Source: Myxococcota bacterium
Lineage (GTDB): Bacteria; Myxococcota_A; UBA9042; PHBI01; JAWLBL01
Length of the DNA stretch: 64,000 nt
Direction: 5' to 3'
Assembly: GCA_041687695.1 (NCBI GenBank)
Contig: JAWLBL010000001.1
Location: 1-64,000, forward strand
Shown here: piece by piece, positions 50,074 through 60,100 of the stretch
Numbering within the stretch: the first letter of the stretch is position 1
Layout of the letters: each line of letters begins with the position of its first letter
Notes under the pieces: model-generated
Told to the model about the DNA's origin: nothing
The model's input: only the letters and a program-made list of their open reading frames with translations
The model's database searches: none
Program-made: the position numbers and the translations under genes

Positions 50074-50937
50074 ATGAAGGTCCCCTTTCTTGCCCGCGCC
50101 GCTCGCGCCCGCCTCCTGCACGCCCTCGCGCTCGCCCTGTCGATGGGGTTCATCGCCTCGGCTTGCGGGGGCCCCCGCCCCGGCACCAGCGCGTGGGAGC
50201 AATCGGTCCGCGCCCAATCGACCGACGTGACGCTGGTGAACCGCACCCGCGACACGCTGGAGATCCGCGTGACCCGCGACGGCAAGACCGAAACGTTCGG
50301 GTCGGTGGCGCCGCTGTCGCGCATGGCCCTGACGCGCCTCGCTCCTGGGCCCGTGGTCATCGAGCTGGCGACCTTCGATGGGCAGGTGCTGCATCGCCAC
50401 GCCGTCGAGCTGGTCGGCGGCCGGCCCGTCACCCTCGATCTCGAGGCCCCGATCGCCACGCTCGAGGTCGTCAACCCGCTCGACGTCGACGTGGACGTCC
50501 TGGTCGACGGCCGGCGCGTCGGGCGCGTCTCGCGCGGCCAGACCTCCCGCTTCGACGCGCTGCCCGCCGGACGGCGCGTCCTGGTCGCCCGCGCCGTGGT
50601 CGGGCCGCTGGCCATCCAGCAGCCGCAGGTGCTCGAGCCGGGGCAGACCTTCGTGTGGCGCCTGCCCCAGCCCGAGGCCGAGGTCGGCCCCGCGGGCGGG
50701 CCGACGGCCCCGCCCGGGATGGCGCTGCTGGTCTTCACCAACCAGGGATCGTCCGAGATCGAGCTGGTGGTCGACGAGCAGGTCCACGGGCGCGTCGCGC
50801 CTGGTCAGGCGACGCAGGTGCCGCTGACGCCGGGCGCCCACCGGGTCTACGCGCGCATCCCGGGCACGCAGATCCGCACCGAGCAGTCGCTGACCGTGAC
50901 GAGCGGCCAGGTGGCGCGCTGGGAGTACGGGCGCTGA
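50074..50937 (+). CDS. Lipoprotein with three PEGA-like beta-sandwich repeats
   Basis: GGAGGAG RBS, ASAC lipobox, three L...N......V.VD....G.V..G repeats. Confidence 0.8.
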   Translation: MKVPFLARAARARLLHALALALSMGFIASACGGPRPGTSAWEQSVRAQSTDVTLVNRTRDTLEIRVTRDGKTETFGSVAPLSRMALTRLAPGPVVIELATFDGQVLHRHAVELVGGRPVTLDLEAPIATLEVVNPLDVDVDVLVDGRRVGRVSRGQTSRFDALPAGRRVLVARAVVGPLAIQQPQVLEPGQTFVWRLPQPEAEVGPAGGPTAPPGMALLVFTNQGSSEIELVVDEQVHGRVAPGQATQVPLTPGAHRVYARIPGTQIRTEQSLTVTSGQVARWEYGR

Positions 50938-50982
50938 CAGCGAGCGCGGGCCGTCGTATGCTGGCGGTCTGAGGAGGGGCCG

Positions 50983-51318
50983 ATGGCGGAGCGAGACGAC
51001 ACGACGAAGCCGGCCGAGGACGCGATCGACGAGCCGACCCACTACCAGGGGCTGGTGCGCGTCCGCGCCGTCAACTCGGTGACCGAGATCATCGCCCGGC
51101 CCGAGCCCCCCCAGCGCGATCCCGACGAGCCGCCGCCGCCCAAGCCCAACTTCCATCGGGAGATGGTCATCGTCGCGGCGCCGGGCCCCGCCGAGCCCGA
51201 GGAGCCCAAGCCCAAGCCGAACCTCCGCAACGACTTCGTGGTGCTGTCGCCGCACCGGACGCGGACCAAGGTGGCGCCCAGCATCGGCAGCATGCCGGTC
51301 CCGGGCGGGCGCAAGTAG
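50983..51318 (+). CDS. Small Pro-rich hypothetical protein
   Basis: GAGGAGG RBS; internal PKPN repeat. Confidence 0.65.
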   Translation: MAERDDTTKPAEDAIDEPTHYQGLVRVRAVNSVTEIIARPEPPQRDPDEPPPPKPNFHREMVIVAAPGPAEPEEPKPKPNLRNDFVVLSPHRTRTKVAPSIGSMPVPGGRK

Positions 51319-51329
51319 CCGCCGCGGGC

Positions 51330-51503
51330 GCGCTCCGCCTCGCTCGGGCGGGGTGCCGGCGGCCCTACTTCTCGAGCTCGGCCAGGGCCTCGTCGATGGC
51401 CCGCTGCAGGCTGCCTGCGCTCCGCCTCGCTCGGGCGAGGTGCCGGCGGCCCTACTTCTCGAGCTCGGCCAGGGCCTCGTCGATGGCCCGCTGCAGGCTG
51501 CCT
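51330..51503. repeat. 87-bp tandem duplication spanning a gene 3' end
   Basis: 51330-51416 matches 51417-51503 with one mismatch. Confidence 0.95.
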
Positions 51504-52801
51504 TCCATGCCGGGCTCACCGCGGCGGGCCCGTAGGAAGGCGATGCCCTCCTCGCGCTTGCCGACCAGGCGCACGGCGTTGTGGAAGCTGGCGATGCCGC
51601 TCGAGCGCTCGGCCAGCTGCACGAAGCTGACCCCGGCCCACCACCAGGCCTGCCGCAGCTGCGGGTCGACGGTCAGCGCCCGGATGGCGTAGTCCAGGAC
51701 CGGCTCCCAGCGGTCGGCCGCGGCGTGGATCTGCGCGAGGCCCAGCAGGACCTGGGGCTCGTAGGGGAAGAGGCGGTCGAGCTCCTCGAGCTTCTTGCGG
51801 GCCGCCGTGTGCTGGTCCTTCTGGAGCTGCGACAAGGCCTGCACCAGCTTGCGCTCGAAGTCGGCGGGCTTCTTGACGTGCTCGAGCACGCCGGCGCGGA
51901 CCCGGCGCATGGCCTCGACCTTCTCGGTCAGGATGGCCTGCTTGGCGTCGTAGTGGTCGATGAGGTCGCCCAGCAGCGCCGGCAGGGTCTGCTCGTCGTG
52001 GTAGCGCGGAAAGCGCCGATCGGCCGGCGAGAACTGCGCCCCGTCCCACTGGTGCAGGTGATCGATGTACGTCCACTGGTAGGCGGGGCCGCGGCGGCCG
52101 ACGCGCTCGCGAACGACGATCTCGGGGCGTCCGTTGGAGTCGAGATCGACGTAGTGGATGGAGTCGTTGTGCTTGACCGCCAGCGAGACGAAGCCGCCCG
52201 CCGCGAAGCCGATGAGCTCGTGGAACTGGTAAGCGCCCTGGCGGCCGGCCTCTCCGCTGACCAGGATCTCGGGGGCGCCGTCGCCGTTGAGATCCCGCAC
52301 GTCGACCACCCGGTAGCGCTCGCCCGGGAGCTTGTCGCTGCTCCAGACCGCGCGGTAGCCCGCCTCGCCCAGCTCGAGGACGGTCACGGCGTAGCGCCGA
52401 CCGTCCTCGAGCTGGGCCGGCTCGGCGACCAGAACCATCTCGGGGACGCGGTCGCGGTCGAGGTCGACCCGGTAGACGCTGACGAGCTCGGCGGGCGCCC
52501 GATGCGGGAAGCGCGCGGTGACCTCGGACGCCTTGACGAAGCGGCCCTTCTGGTCCTTGTCCATCCAGTTGGCGGACTGGAAGCGGAAGAGGACGGCCGT
52601 GGGCTCGGCCAGGACGGCCTCGGCCTCGGCGCCGCGCAGGCGGTAGGGCTCGCCGTCGTTGAAGCCGAGGACGTCGAGGTCGTAGCGGACGGACTGCCGC
52701 TTGGGCTTGGGCGCGGCGGACGCGGGCGACGGCAGGGCGGGCACGGCGAGCGCCGCGACCGCCACCAGGGTGGCCGCCCACGCGCGCGCGCCGCGGCTCA
52801 T
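51452..52801 (-). CDS. Exported FG-GAP-like/TPR protein
   Basis: Signal peptide, three DLD/N.DG..E loops, C-terminal TPR-like helices. Confidence 0.82.
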   Translation of the reverse strand: MSRGARAWAATLVAVAALAVPALPSPASAAPKPKRQSVRYDLDVLGFNDGEPYRLRGAEAEAVLAEPTAVLFRFQSANWMDKDQKGRFVKASEVTARFPHRAPAELVSVYRVDLDRDRVPEMVLVAEPAQLEDGRRYAVTVLELGEAGYRAVWSSDKLPGERYRVVDVRDLNGDGAPEILVSGEAGRQGAYQFHELIGFAAGGFVSLAVKHNDSIHYVDLDSNGRPEIVVRERVGRRGPAYQWTYIDHLHQWDGAQFSPADRRFPRYHDEQTLPALLGDLIDHYDAKQAILTEKVEAMRRVRAGVLEHVKKPADFERKLVQALSQLQKDQHTAARKKLEELDRLFPYEPQVLLGLAQIHAAADRWEPVLDYAIRALTVDPQLRQAWWWAGVSFVQLAERSSGIASFHNAVRLVGKREEGIAFLRARRGEPGMEGSLQRAIDEALAELEK

Positions 52802-53010
52802 GCCGAGGTCCCCGACCGGGGCTCCGGCGTCTCGGCGGGCGCCTCGGCCGGCGCGGGCGCGGCCGAGGCGGCGGCGCGGCGGGCGGCCAGCTGGCGGCGG
52901 CGCTCCTCCTCCTCGAGGGCGACCAGGGCCGAGCGGCGCCCGATGACGAGCCCGATGACCAGGCCGACGATCAGGATGAGCGGGATGTAGAAGAGATGGC
53001 CGGTGGTCAC
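52798..53010 (-). CDS. Small membrane protein
   Basis: H..YIP.I...G.V.G hydrophobic N-terminus; overlaps both neighbours by 4 nt. Confidence 0.75.
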   Translation of the reverse strand: MTTGHLFYIPLILIVGLVIGLVIGRRSALVALEEEERRRQLAARRAAASAAPAPAEAPAETPEPRSGTSA

Positions 53011-53369
53011 GAGGCCTTCTCCCGGACGCTGGCGACGCGCTCGCGCAGCTCGTAGACGTCGGCCAGGAGTCGGCGCTGGCCGCGGCGGACGACGAAGAGG
53101 AACGAGACGAGCACGATCCACAGGGCGAGGTAGGCGGCGCCGAGGTAGGGCACGCCGACGGCGTCGGTCTTGCAGGCCTCGAGCTGGCGGTCGCACTCGG
53201 CGAGCATCGCCCGATAGTCGCCCTGGGCGGGCGCGGTGGCCTGGGCGACCGGCTCGGCCTGGAAGGTCTTCGACTCGGCGAAGGCCGCGGGCGCGGCGAG
53301 GGTCAGGGCCAGGGTGATGGCGACCGCGGCGAGGGGCGCCGATAGGGCGCGGAGCAGCTTTGGCATCAT
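53007..53369 (-). CDS. ccmD: CcmD-like protein with N-terminal extension
   Basis: YL.AAY...W..L......R.Q..L pattern directly after ccmC. Confidence 0.7.
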   Translation of the reverse strand: MMPKLLRALSAPLAAVAITLALTLAAPAAFAESKTFQAEPVAQATAPAQGDYRAMLAECDRQLEACKTDAVGVPYLGAAYLALWIVLVSFLFVVRRGQRRLLADVYELRERVASVREKAS

Positions 53370-54166
53370 CGGCGCTCGTCCTCCAACTCGGAGAGCTCGA
53401 GAAACAGGCCTTCCGTCTCGTCGCGCAGCTTGTGGTGCTGGTAGCGGAGGAAGACCAGGTAGCCCACGAGGGTGAAGATCGCGATCAGGCTGACCACGAA
53501 GGTCGTGACCATGTCGGGGTGCGCGAGGCCGCCGCCGTTGCCGGTGATCACGGTCGGGTGGTTGCCGCCCCACTTCTCGACGGCGATGTGGATGAGGTAG
53601 GTCGCGGGGGCGCCGATGGTGGCGATGCCGGCGCTGAGGCGGCGGCCGGTCTCGTCGCCGGCCGCGTAGCCGCGCAGGGTCAGGTAGCCGATGAAGAGGA
53701 AGACCGTCAGCAGCGTGAGGGTCAGCCGCGGCTCCCAGGTCCAGTAGGCGCCCCAGGCGGGCTTGGCCCAGATGGGCCCGGTCACGAGCACGATGATGCC
53801 GAAGAGGACGCCGATCTCGCCCATGGCGCCGGCGAGGCGGTCGGCGGCCTGCGCGAGGGGGCCGAAGCCACGCATCCGGCGCATCACCAGGTAGCCGACC
53901 GACATCAGCGAGCAGGTGAAGAAGAGCAGGAGCGTGATGATGGCGCTGGGGACGTGGAAGTAGAAGATGCGATAGACCTCGCCCATCTGCGCTTCGCGCG
54001 GCGAGTGGAAGAACGTCAGCCAGATGGCGGCCAGGACCAGGGCGCCGACCACGAAGGGCATCCAGATGACGCCCTGGCCGCGGCGCGGCGCGGCGCGGGC
54101 GCGGTCGGGCGGTGACGGCGCGGACGCGGCCACCGGCGGGTGGGCGGGCTGGGCGGACGGAGACAT
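53366..54166 (-). CDS. ccmC: Heme exporter CcmC
   Basis: IFYFHVP, W.KP.WG.YWTWEPR, HP. Confidence 0.93.
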   Translation of the reverse strand: MSPSAQPAHPPVAASAPSPPDRARAAPRRGQGVIWMPFVVGALVLAAIWLTFFHSPREAQMGEVYRIFYFHVPSAIITLLLFFTCSLMSVGYLVMRRMRGFGPLAQAADRLAGAMGEIGVLFGIIVLVTGPIWAKPAWGAYWTWEPRLTLTLLTVFLFIGYLTLRGYAAGDETGRRLSAGIATIGAPATYLIHIAVEKWGGNHPTVITGNGGGLAHPDMVTTFVVSLIAIFTLVGYLVFLRYQHHKLRDETEGLFLELSELEDERR

Positions 54167-54323
54167 GGTTGTCCTTCAGACCTGCTGATGCGTCGCCCCG
54201 GAGGGGGCGGCCAAGGCGCGTCCCAGAGAAATGGCCGCCGCTATAGCACGCGCAAATTTAGCGGTCGACATCGGGGGGAGGAACCGGCCGCCGGCGGCGG
54301 CCATTCCGGGGGGCGAGGGTCGA

Positions 54324-55004
54324 TCAGTCCATCATGACGCGACCGAACACCCAGGGCGGGACGATGAGGTAGAGCAGATCGAAGCCGATCATCAGCTCGA
54401 GCCAGCCGCCGGCCTCCTCGGGGAGGCCGCCGCCCATCGCGATGGAGGTCAGCTTGACGCCGGCGATGATGACCGGGACGACCACGGGGTAGACGACGAC
54501 CGGGACCAGGACCTCGCGGAGGCGGGCGTTGGCCAGCATGGCGCCGAACAGGGTGCCGACCAGGGCGAAGCCGAGGGTGCCCAGGACCATCGCGCCGACG
54601 AGCAGGCCCAGGCCGCCGGGCGGCGGGCCGAGGCCGATGAAGGCGAAGATGAGCGGCGTCGTCAGCAGCTCGGCCGCGAGGACGAACAGGAACAGGCCCG
54701 CCACCTTGGCGATGTAGACCGCCTTGGGGCCGCCGGGGGCGAGCAACAGCGCGTCGAGGCAGCCGTTGTCGCGCTCGCGGTCGAACAGGCGGGTGAGCCC
54801 GAGGGTGCCCGAGAAGAGGATGACGACCCACAGGATGCCGGGGCCGACCAGACGGGCGCGCGTCTCGTCGACCGAGAAGGCGAAGGCGAAGACGACCACG
54901 AGCAGGATCGAGAACAGGACCATGGTCGCCAGCACCTCGCGGGTGCGCAGCTCGATGACGAGGTCCTTCTTGAGGATGAGCCAGACGGTGCGGGCCAGGG
55001 TCAC
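54324..55004 (-). CDS. ccmB: Heme exporter CcmB
   Basis: KDL..E.R, F..ER..G.L..L; six TMs. Confidence 0.92.
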   Translation of the reverse strand: MTLARTVWLILKKDLVIELRTREVLATMVLFSILLVVVFAFAFSVDETRARLVGPGILWVVILFSGTLGLTRLFDRERDNGCLDALLLAPGGPKAVYIAKVAGLFLFVLAAELLTTPLIFAFIGLGPPPGGLGLLVGAMVLGTLGFALVGTLFGAMLANARLREVLVPVVVYPVVVPVIIAGVKLTSIAMGGGLPEEAGGWLELMIGFDLLYLIVPPWVFGRVMMD

Positions 55005-55693
55005 GCGGCGGCCTCCTGGGCGCGCAGGCGGCCTGCGTCGAGGACGAGGACGCGGTCGGTCACCCGGGCGACCGACTCGGGGTCGTGGGTGACCAGGGCG
55101 ATGGCGCGCCCCTCGGCCTTGCCGCGGGCCAGGACGTCCACGAGCAGCGCGCGGCCCTGCACGTCGAGGCCCGTGGTCGGCTCGTCGAGCAGCCAGATGC
55201 GCGCGTCCTGGGCCATCAGGCGCGCCAGGGCGAGGCGCTGCACCATGCCGCGCGAGTAGGTGCGGGCCGGGCGGTGGGCCGAGGCCCGCAGGCCGACGAA
55301 GTCCAGCAGCTCGGTGAGGCGGGGCTCGTCGGCCGGGCGGCCGTAGAGGCTGGCCATGAAGCGCAGGTTCTCGACGCCTGTCAGCTCGGGGTAGACGAAC
55401 GGCAGGTGCCCCAGGATGCCCAGCTGCTGGCGCAGGGCGGCGCGGTCGGGCGGGTCGTGCAGATCGGCCCCGAAGGCCAGCACCTGCCCTTCGTTGGGGC
55501 GCAGCTGGCCAGACAGCAGGCCCAGCAGGGTGCTCTTGCCGGCGCCGTTGTGGCCGAGCAGCGTCGTGACCGTGCCCGCGGGGAAGGCCACGTCGACGCG
55601 GCGCACGGCCCAGCGCCGGCCGAAGCGGCGCGAGACGTCGCGGGCCTCGAGGAGGACGTCGAGGACGCGCTCGGCCCCGTCCGCCTCAGCCAT
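55001..55693 (-). CDS. ccmA: ABC ATPase CcmA
   Basis: GHNGAGKS, SRGM.QR, LLDEP; ccm context. Confidence 0.9.
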   Translation of the reverse strand: MAEADGAERVLDVLLEARDVSRRFGRRWAVRRVDVAFPAGTVTTLLGHNGAGKSTLLGLLSGQLRPNEGQVLAFGADLHDPPDRAALRQQLGILGHLPFVYPELTGVENLRFMASLYGRPADEPRLTELLDFVGLRASAHRPARTYSRGMVQRLALARLMAQDARIWLLDEPTTGLDVQGRALLVDVLARGKAEGRAIALVTHDPESVARVTDRVLVLDAGRLRAQEAAA

Positions 55694-56798
55694 CCCGGCG
55701 GCGCCCCACGAGCAGCAACAGCCCGAAGGCGACCACCGCGACCAGGCCGCCCGCCAGCGCCACGCCGCGCTGCACGTCGAGGCCGCGCGGCAGGCGGTCG
55801 ATCCGCAGCAGGGCCATCTGGCCGGCCGTCGGAGGCGTCTTCCAGCGCATCAGGCGCTGCACGTTGCCGCCGGCGGCGCGCTCGGCCACGGTGAAGGGCG
55901 CGGCCGGGAAGATGCGCGGGGCGACGCGCTCGTTGAAGGCCGTCGAGACGATGAGGCGGCTGAGGTCGACCGGCGCCCGCAGGGCCAGGTCGAGGCGGTC
56001 GTGGACCATCGGGATGGCGAAGCGGACCTGCAGGGACAGGGGCTCGCCCGGCACGATCGGGCCGCGGTAGGCGACGCCGCCGCCCTCGAAGCTGAACCGG
56101 CCCCGGTCCGGGTCGCGGCGGAGGCTCATGTGGCGCGCCGAGGTCGCGGGCGGCAGCAGGCCGGGGTCGAGGGCCTGGTCGAAGGCCGCCGGCAGCAGGA
56201 GCGGCAGGCGCAGCCCCCGGGCGGCCGCCTCGAGGTCGACCACGCGCGGGCCGCGGTTGGTCACGGTGAAGGTCTGCTCGACGATGAGATGCGCCTCCTG
56301 GACCTCGAAGCCCGAGAAGACGTCGAGGGACAGGTCGTCGAGCGCGGTCGTCGGCTCGTAGACGCGCAGGAGCGTCGGGGGCGCGCCGTGCGGCGAGCGG
56401 GCCACATCGGCGCGGAAGCTGACCCCGCGATAGATGACCGTGGCGACCCAGGTGGCCGTCGTGCCGGGCTGGGTGTCGTCGGGGAAGCGGACGCGGCCAT
56501 GGGCGTCGGTGCGCTGGGCGAAGGCCGCGTCGAGGCGCGGGCCGCCGGACGCGCTGGTCGCGCTGGGCGGCGGTTGGATCCAGCGCTCGAGCACGACCTC
56601 GGCGCCTTCGAGCGGCGCGACGGGGCCCTCGGGAGAGACGCGCTGGACCTCGACCTGCAAGCCGGCGGCGGCGGGCGCGCCGTGGGAGGCGGACGGCATC
56701 GGCGGGTGGCCGGCCGGCATCCCGCCGGGCAGCGCCGAGGCGCCGAAAGGGACGCAGAGGAGCCCGACGAGGGCGGCGGCGGCGAGCAGACGCGTCAC
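55686..56798 (-). CDS. Exported membrane-anchored hypothetical protein in the ccm operon
   Basis: Signal peptide, MPAGHPPM, C-terminal TM. Confidence 0.75.
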   Translation of the reverse strand: MTRLLAAAALVGLLCVPFGASALPGGMPAGHPPMPSASHGAPAAAGLQVEVQRVSPEGPVAPLEGAEVVLERWIQPPPSATSASGGPRLDAAFAQRTDAHGRVRFPDDTQPGTTATWVATVIYRGVSFRADVARSPHGAPPTLLRVYEPTTALDDLSLDVFSGFEVQEAHLIVEQTFTVTNRGPRVVDLEAAARGLRLPLLLPAAFDQALDPGLLPPATSARHMSLRRDPDRGRFSFEGGGVAYRGPIVPGEPLSLQVRFAIPMVHDRLDLALRAPVDLSRLIVSTAFNERVAPRIFPAAPFTVAERAAGGNVQRLMRWKTPPTAGQMALLRIDRLPRGLDVQRGVALAGGLVAVVAFGLLLLVGRRRDG

Positions 56799-57115
56799 GA
56801 GAGGGCCTCCGTGGGCCGGCCGTGCGCGTCGAGGGCCGCCATGAGGCGGACCGCCTCGTGCTCGTAGAAGCTGCGCAGCTCCTCGTAGTCGCGCTCGTCG
56901 AGCTTGCCCATGCGGAACTCGTGCTCGAGATCCTTGAGCGTGGTCAGGGCGCGATCGCGCGCGTCCTCGAGGGCGATGCGGTCGGCGTCCTCTCGGGCGA
57001 CGCGGGCGCTGGCGGCGCTGTCGCCCCAGCTGCGGGCGAGGCGCACCACCATGGCGGCCACGACCAGCAGGACGGCGGCGAGCATCGGGGTGAGCAGCAG
57101 GGTGGGCAGCGACAT
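56795..57115 (-). CDS. Small CcmI-N-like protein
   Basis: TM followed by L.DLE.E...GK....DY..L. Confidence 0.7.
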   Translation of the reverse strand: MSLPTLLLTPMLAAVLLVVAAMVVRLARSWGDSAASARVAREDADRIALEDARDRALTTLKDLEHEFRMGKLDERDYEELRSFYEHEAVRLMAALDAHGRPTEALS

Positions 57116-57119
57116 CGGT

Positions 57120-60100
57120 TCAGCTCCCCTCGAAGGCCTCGAGCTCGTCGTCGAGGCGCGCGCGCTGCGCGTCGGAGAGGGCGCCGGCGCGCTGGCCCTG
57201 GGCCTGGCGGTCGCTGCCGACGTGCTGGCCGGGCGAGGCGGCGGCGAGGCGGCGGCGGCGCCCGACCCGGACCATCAGGACGATGAAGGCGGCGGCGAAG
57301 CCGGCGATGAGCGCGGCCGGGAAGGCCCAGCTGAGGGCCTTGTCCGGGTGGGCGCGGAGATCGTCATACGTCCAGGGCTCGCCCTCGGCCGACGTGACGT
57401 TGTTCTCGTCGACGTAGAAGCGGAAGACCTGCTCGGCGGGCACGCCAGCGGCCAGCATGACGCGGAAGCGCGGCAGCCACTTGTTGCGGACGGTGCAGGC
57501 GAGCTGGCTCTGCGACAGGACGAGCCCGCGCTCGCCCGGGCAGGTCGTCTTGGTGGTCGTCTTCAGGTGATCGTAGGCCGCCGTGTCGTAGCGCAGGCGC
57601 TCGTCCCAGCGCTGGTCGAGGGCGACGAGCTCGTACAGGACGTCCAGCTTGGCGCGGCCGGAGCGCTGGTCGGCCTCGGGCCGCTTTCGGACCAGCTCGG
57701 TCACCAGGGCCCGGTCCTGCTCGGCCTTGGGGCTCGCGCAGCCCGGGTCGCCCAGCGGGAGGACGCGCATCGCCTCGGTCGTGCCGGCGGGGCCGCAGGA
57801 CAGGGCCGCCAGGGCGTCGCCGACCGCGTCGCCGTCGGGGGGCGCGGCCATGCCGCGGGGCTCGGGCAGCGCGTCACCGTGGGCGTGGGCGGGCGGGGCC
57901 GCGGTCAGCGCGAGGGCGGCCAGGGCCGCGGTCAGCGCGAGGGCGGCGGCCTCGGCCACCGGGAGCCGGCGGCGCGAGCGGGTCATCGCGATGAGGGTGC
58001 GCGACAGCCACCGCGGCGTCAGGCAGATGATCGTGCCGAAGACGAGCGTGATGCCGCCCAGCCACAGGAGGCTGACCAGCGGGAAGACGACGGTGAGCAG
58101 GTTCACCGACGGCTGGGCGAAGCCGGCGATGGTGCCCATGTCCATGCGCGGGCGGATGGCGAGGTACAGGTCCTCCCACGGGAGCGAGGAGATGCCCGCC
58201 TCGGTCGTCGGCGTCTCGTGCTTGGCGTAGTAGCGCACCTCGGGGACCAGGTGCGTGCCGGTGCGGCGGTCGATGAGCTCGATGGCGCCGCTGTCGGGGT
58301 CGAAGCCGCCGTGCAAGAGCGTGTCGGGGACGGTCGCCTGGGCCACGCGCTGCTGGAAGGCGGCGGCGGCGGCGGGCGCGTCGAAGGTCAGCGCGAGCTC
58401 GGTCGAGCCGGGGGTCAGCTCGACCCGGGCGCCGATGGTCGAGCCCGGCCCGAGCGCGACGCGGGCCTCGCGCAGCGCCTGCATGGCCAGCATCGGCATG
58501 ACGCGCAGCAGGCCGTCGTCCTGCAGGCGATAGGTCAGGCGGGCGCCGCCGTCGGCGACGAGGGCGAAGTGGTCCCGGAAGTCCTGCGCCAGCCACAGAT
58601 CGTCGCGCAGCCGATCGCGGGCGTCGACGTCGGCGACGCGGACGCGGATCTTGGGGCTGTCCAGGCGCGTCTCGACGTGGAACGGGACGGTGAGGCGGGT
58701 CTGCAGCCAGGCGACGGTGTCGTTCACCTCGCGGTCGGCGACGGTCTCGCCCTCGTGCATGATCGTGAAGGTCGCGCGCAGGGCGGCGAACCCGCCGTCG
58801 GGGTCCCAGGCCTGCGTGCGATCGGAGAAGGTCAGCCGGTAGTCGCGGGCGGGCAGCTCCTCGCCGACGGCGATGAGGCGCTCGGGATCCTCGGACTTGA
58901 AGACCTTTCCGGTGAAGCCGACGAACATCAGCATCACGCCGAAGTGGATGATGTAGCCGCCGTAGCGCCGCGGGTTCTTGAAGGTCAGCGCCAGGACGCT
59001 CGCCAGGTAGCCGTCGTCGCCCTTGCCCTCGCGGACGCGGGCGCCGATGTGGAACTCGCGGGCGATGGTCCAGCCGACGAAGACGCAGAACAGGTAGCAC
59101 AGGACCGTGTAGACGTCGGCCAGCACCAGGCTGTCGGCCCAGTTGTCGTAGGCCTGCCCCATGGTCAGCTCGTACAGGTCGGCGATGCGGCGGATGCTGA
59201 AGAACGACCAGACGGCGGCGCCGATGGCCGTGATGACCAGCGAGCCGGCCAGGGGCCTGCGGAAGTTGCGCTCGAAGTTCTTGGCGGTGGCGCGGCGCCA
59301 CGAGATGAGCGGACCGACGCCCATCAGGAACAGCAGGACCAGGCCGATGGGCGCCATGACGCGGTTGAACCACGGCTCGTCGAGGCTGACGGCCTGCGTC
59401 AACAGATCCAGCTCGCCCAGGACCAGGCCGAGCGAGGCGTTCCAGCCGCCGGCGACCTGGTTGTAGATGGCGCGGACGCTCTCGGCTTCGCTGATCTTGG
59501 GAAAGAGCGTGCCCCACAGGACGATGAAGGCGCAGCCGACGAGGAAGACGTTGTTGAGGACGAAGAAGCTCTCGCGGCTGAGGAACGACTCGATGCGCGC
59601 CTCGCCCTCGAGGGCCTTCCAGCGCCAGGCGATGAGGATGACCGACACGATGGCCAGGACGATCATGTAGCCGATGAAGTACTCGGCCAGGGTCGAGTCG
59701 GCGAAGGCGTGGATGCTGTCGATGAGCTGGCTGCGCGTGAGGAAGGTGCCGAAGATGGTCAGCAGGAAGGTCAGGCAGACCAGGACGGCGTTCCACCGCT
59801 TGAGCATGCCGTAGCGCTCCTGGATCATCACCGAGTGCAGGAACGCGGTGCCCGTGAACCAGGGGATGAGGCCGGCGTTCTCGACCGGGTCCCACATCCA
59901 CCAGAAGCCCCAGCCGATCTCCTGATAGGCCCACAAGGCGCCGAGCAGCAGGCCGACGGACAGAAAGGCCCAGGAGACGATGGACCAGCGGCGGGTGTCG
60001 GTGATCCACTGGTCGTCGAGCTTGCCCGTGACCAGGGCCGCGGCGCCGAAGGCGAAGGGGATGGTGAAGGTGATGTAGCCGGTCAGCAGGCTCGGCGGAT

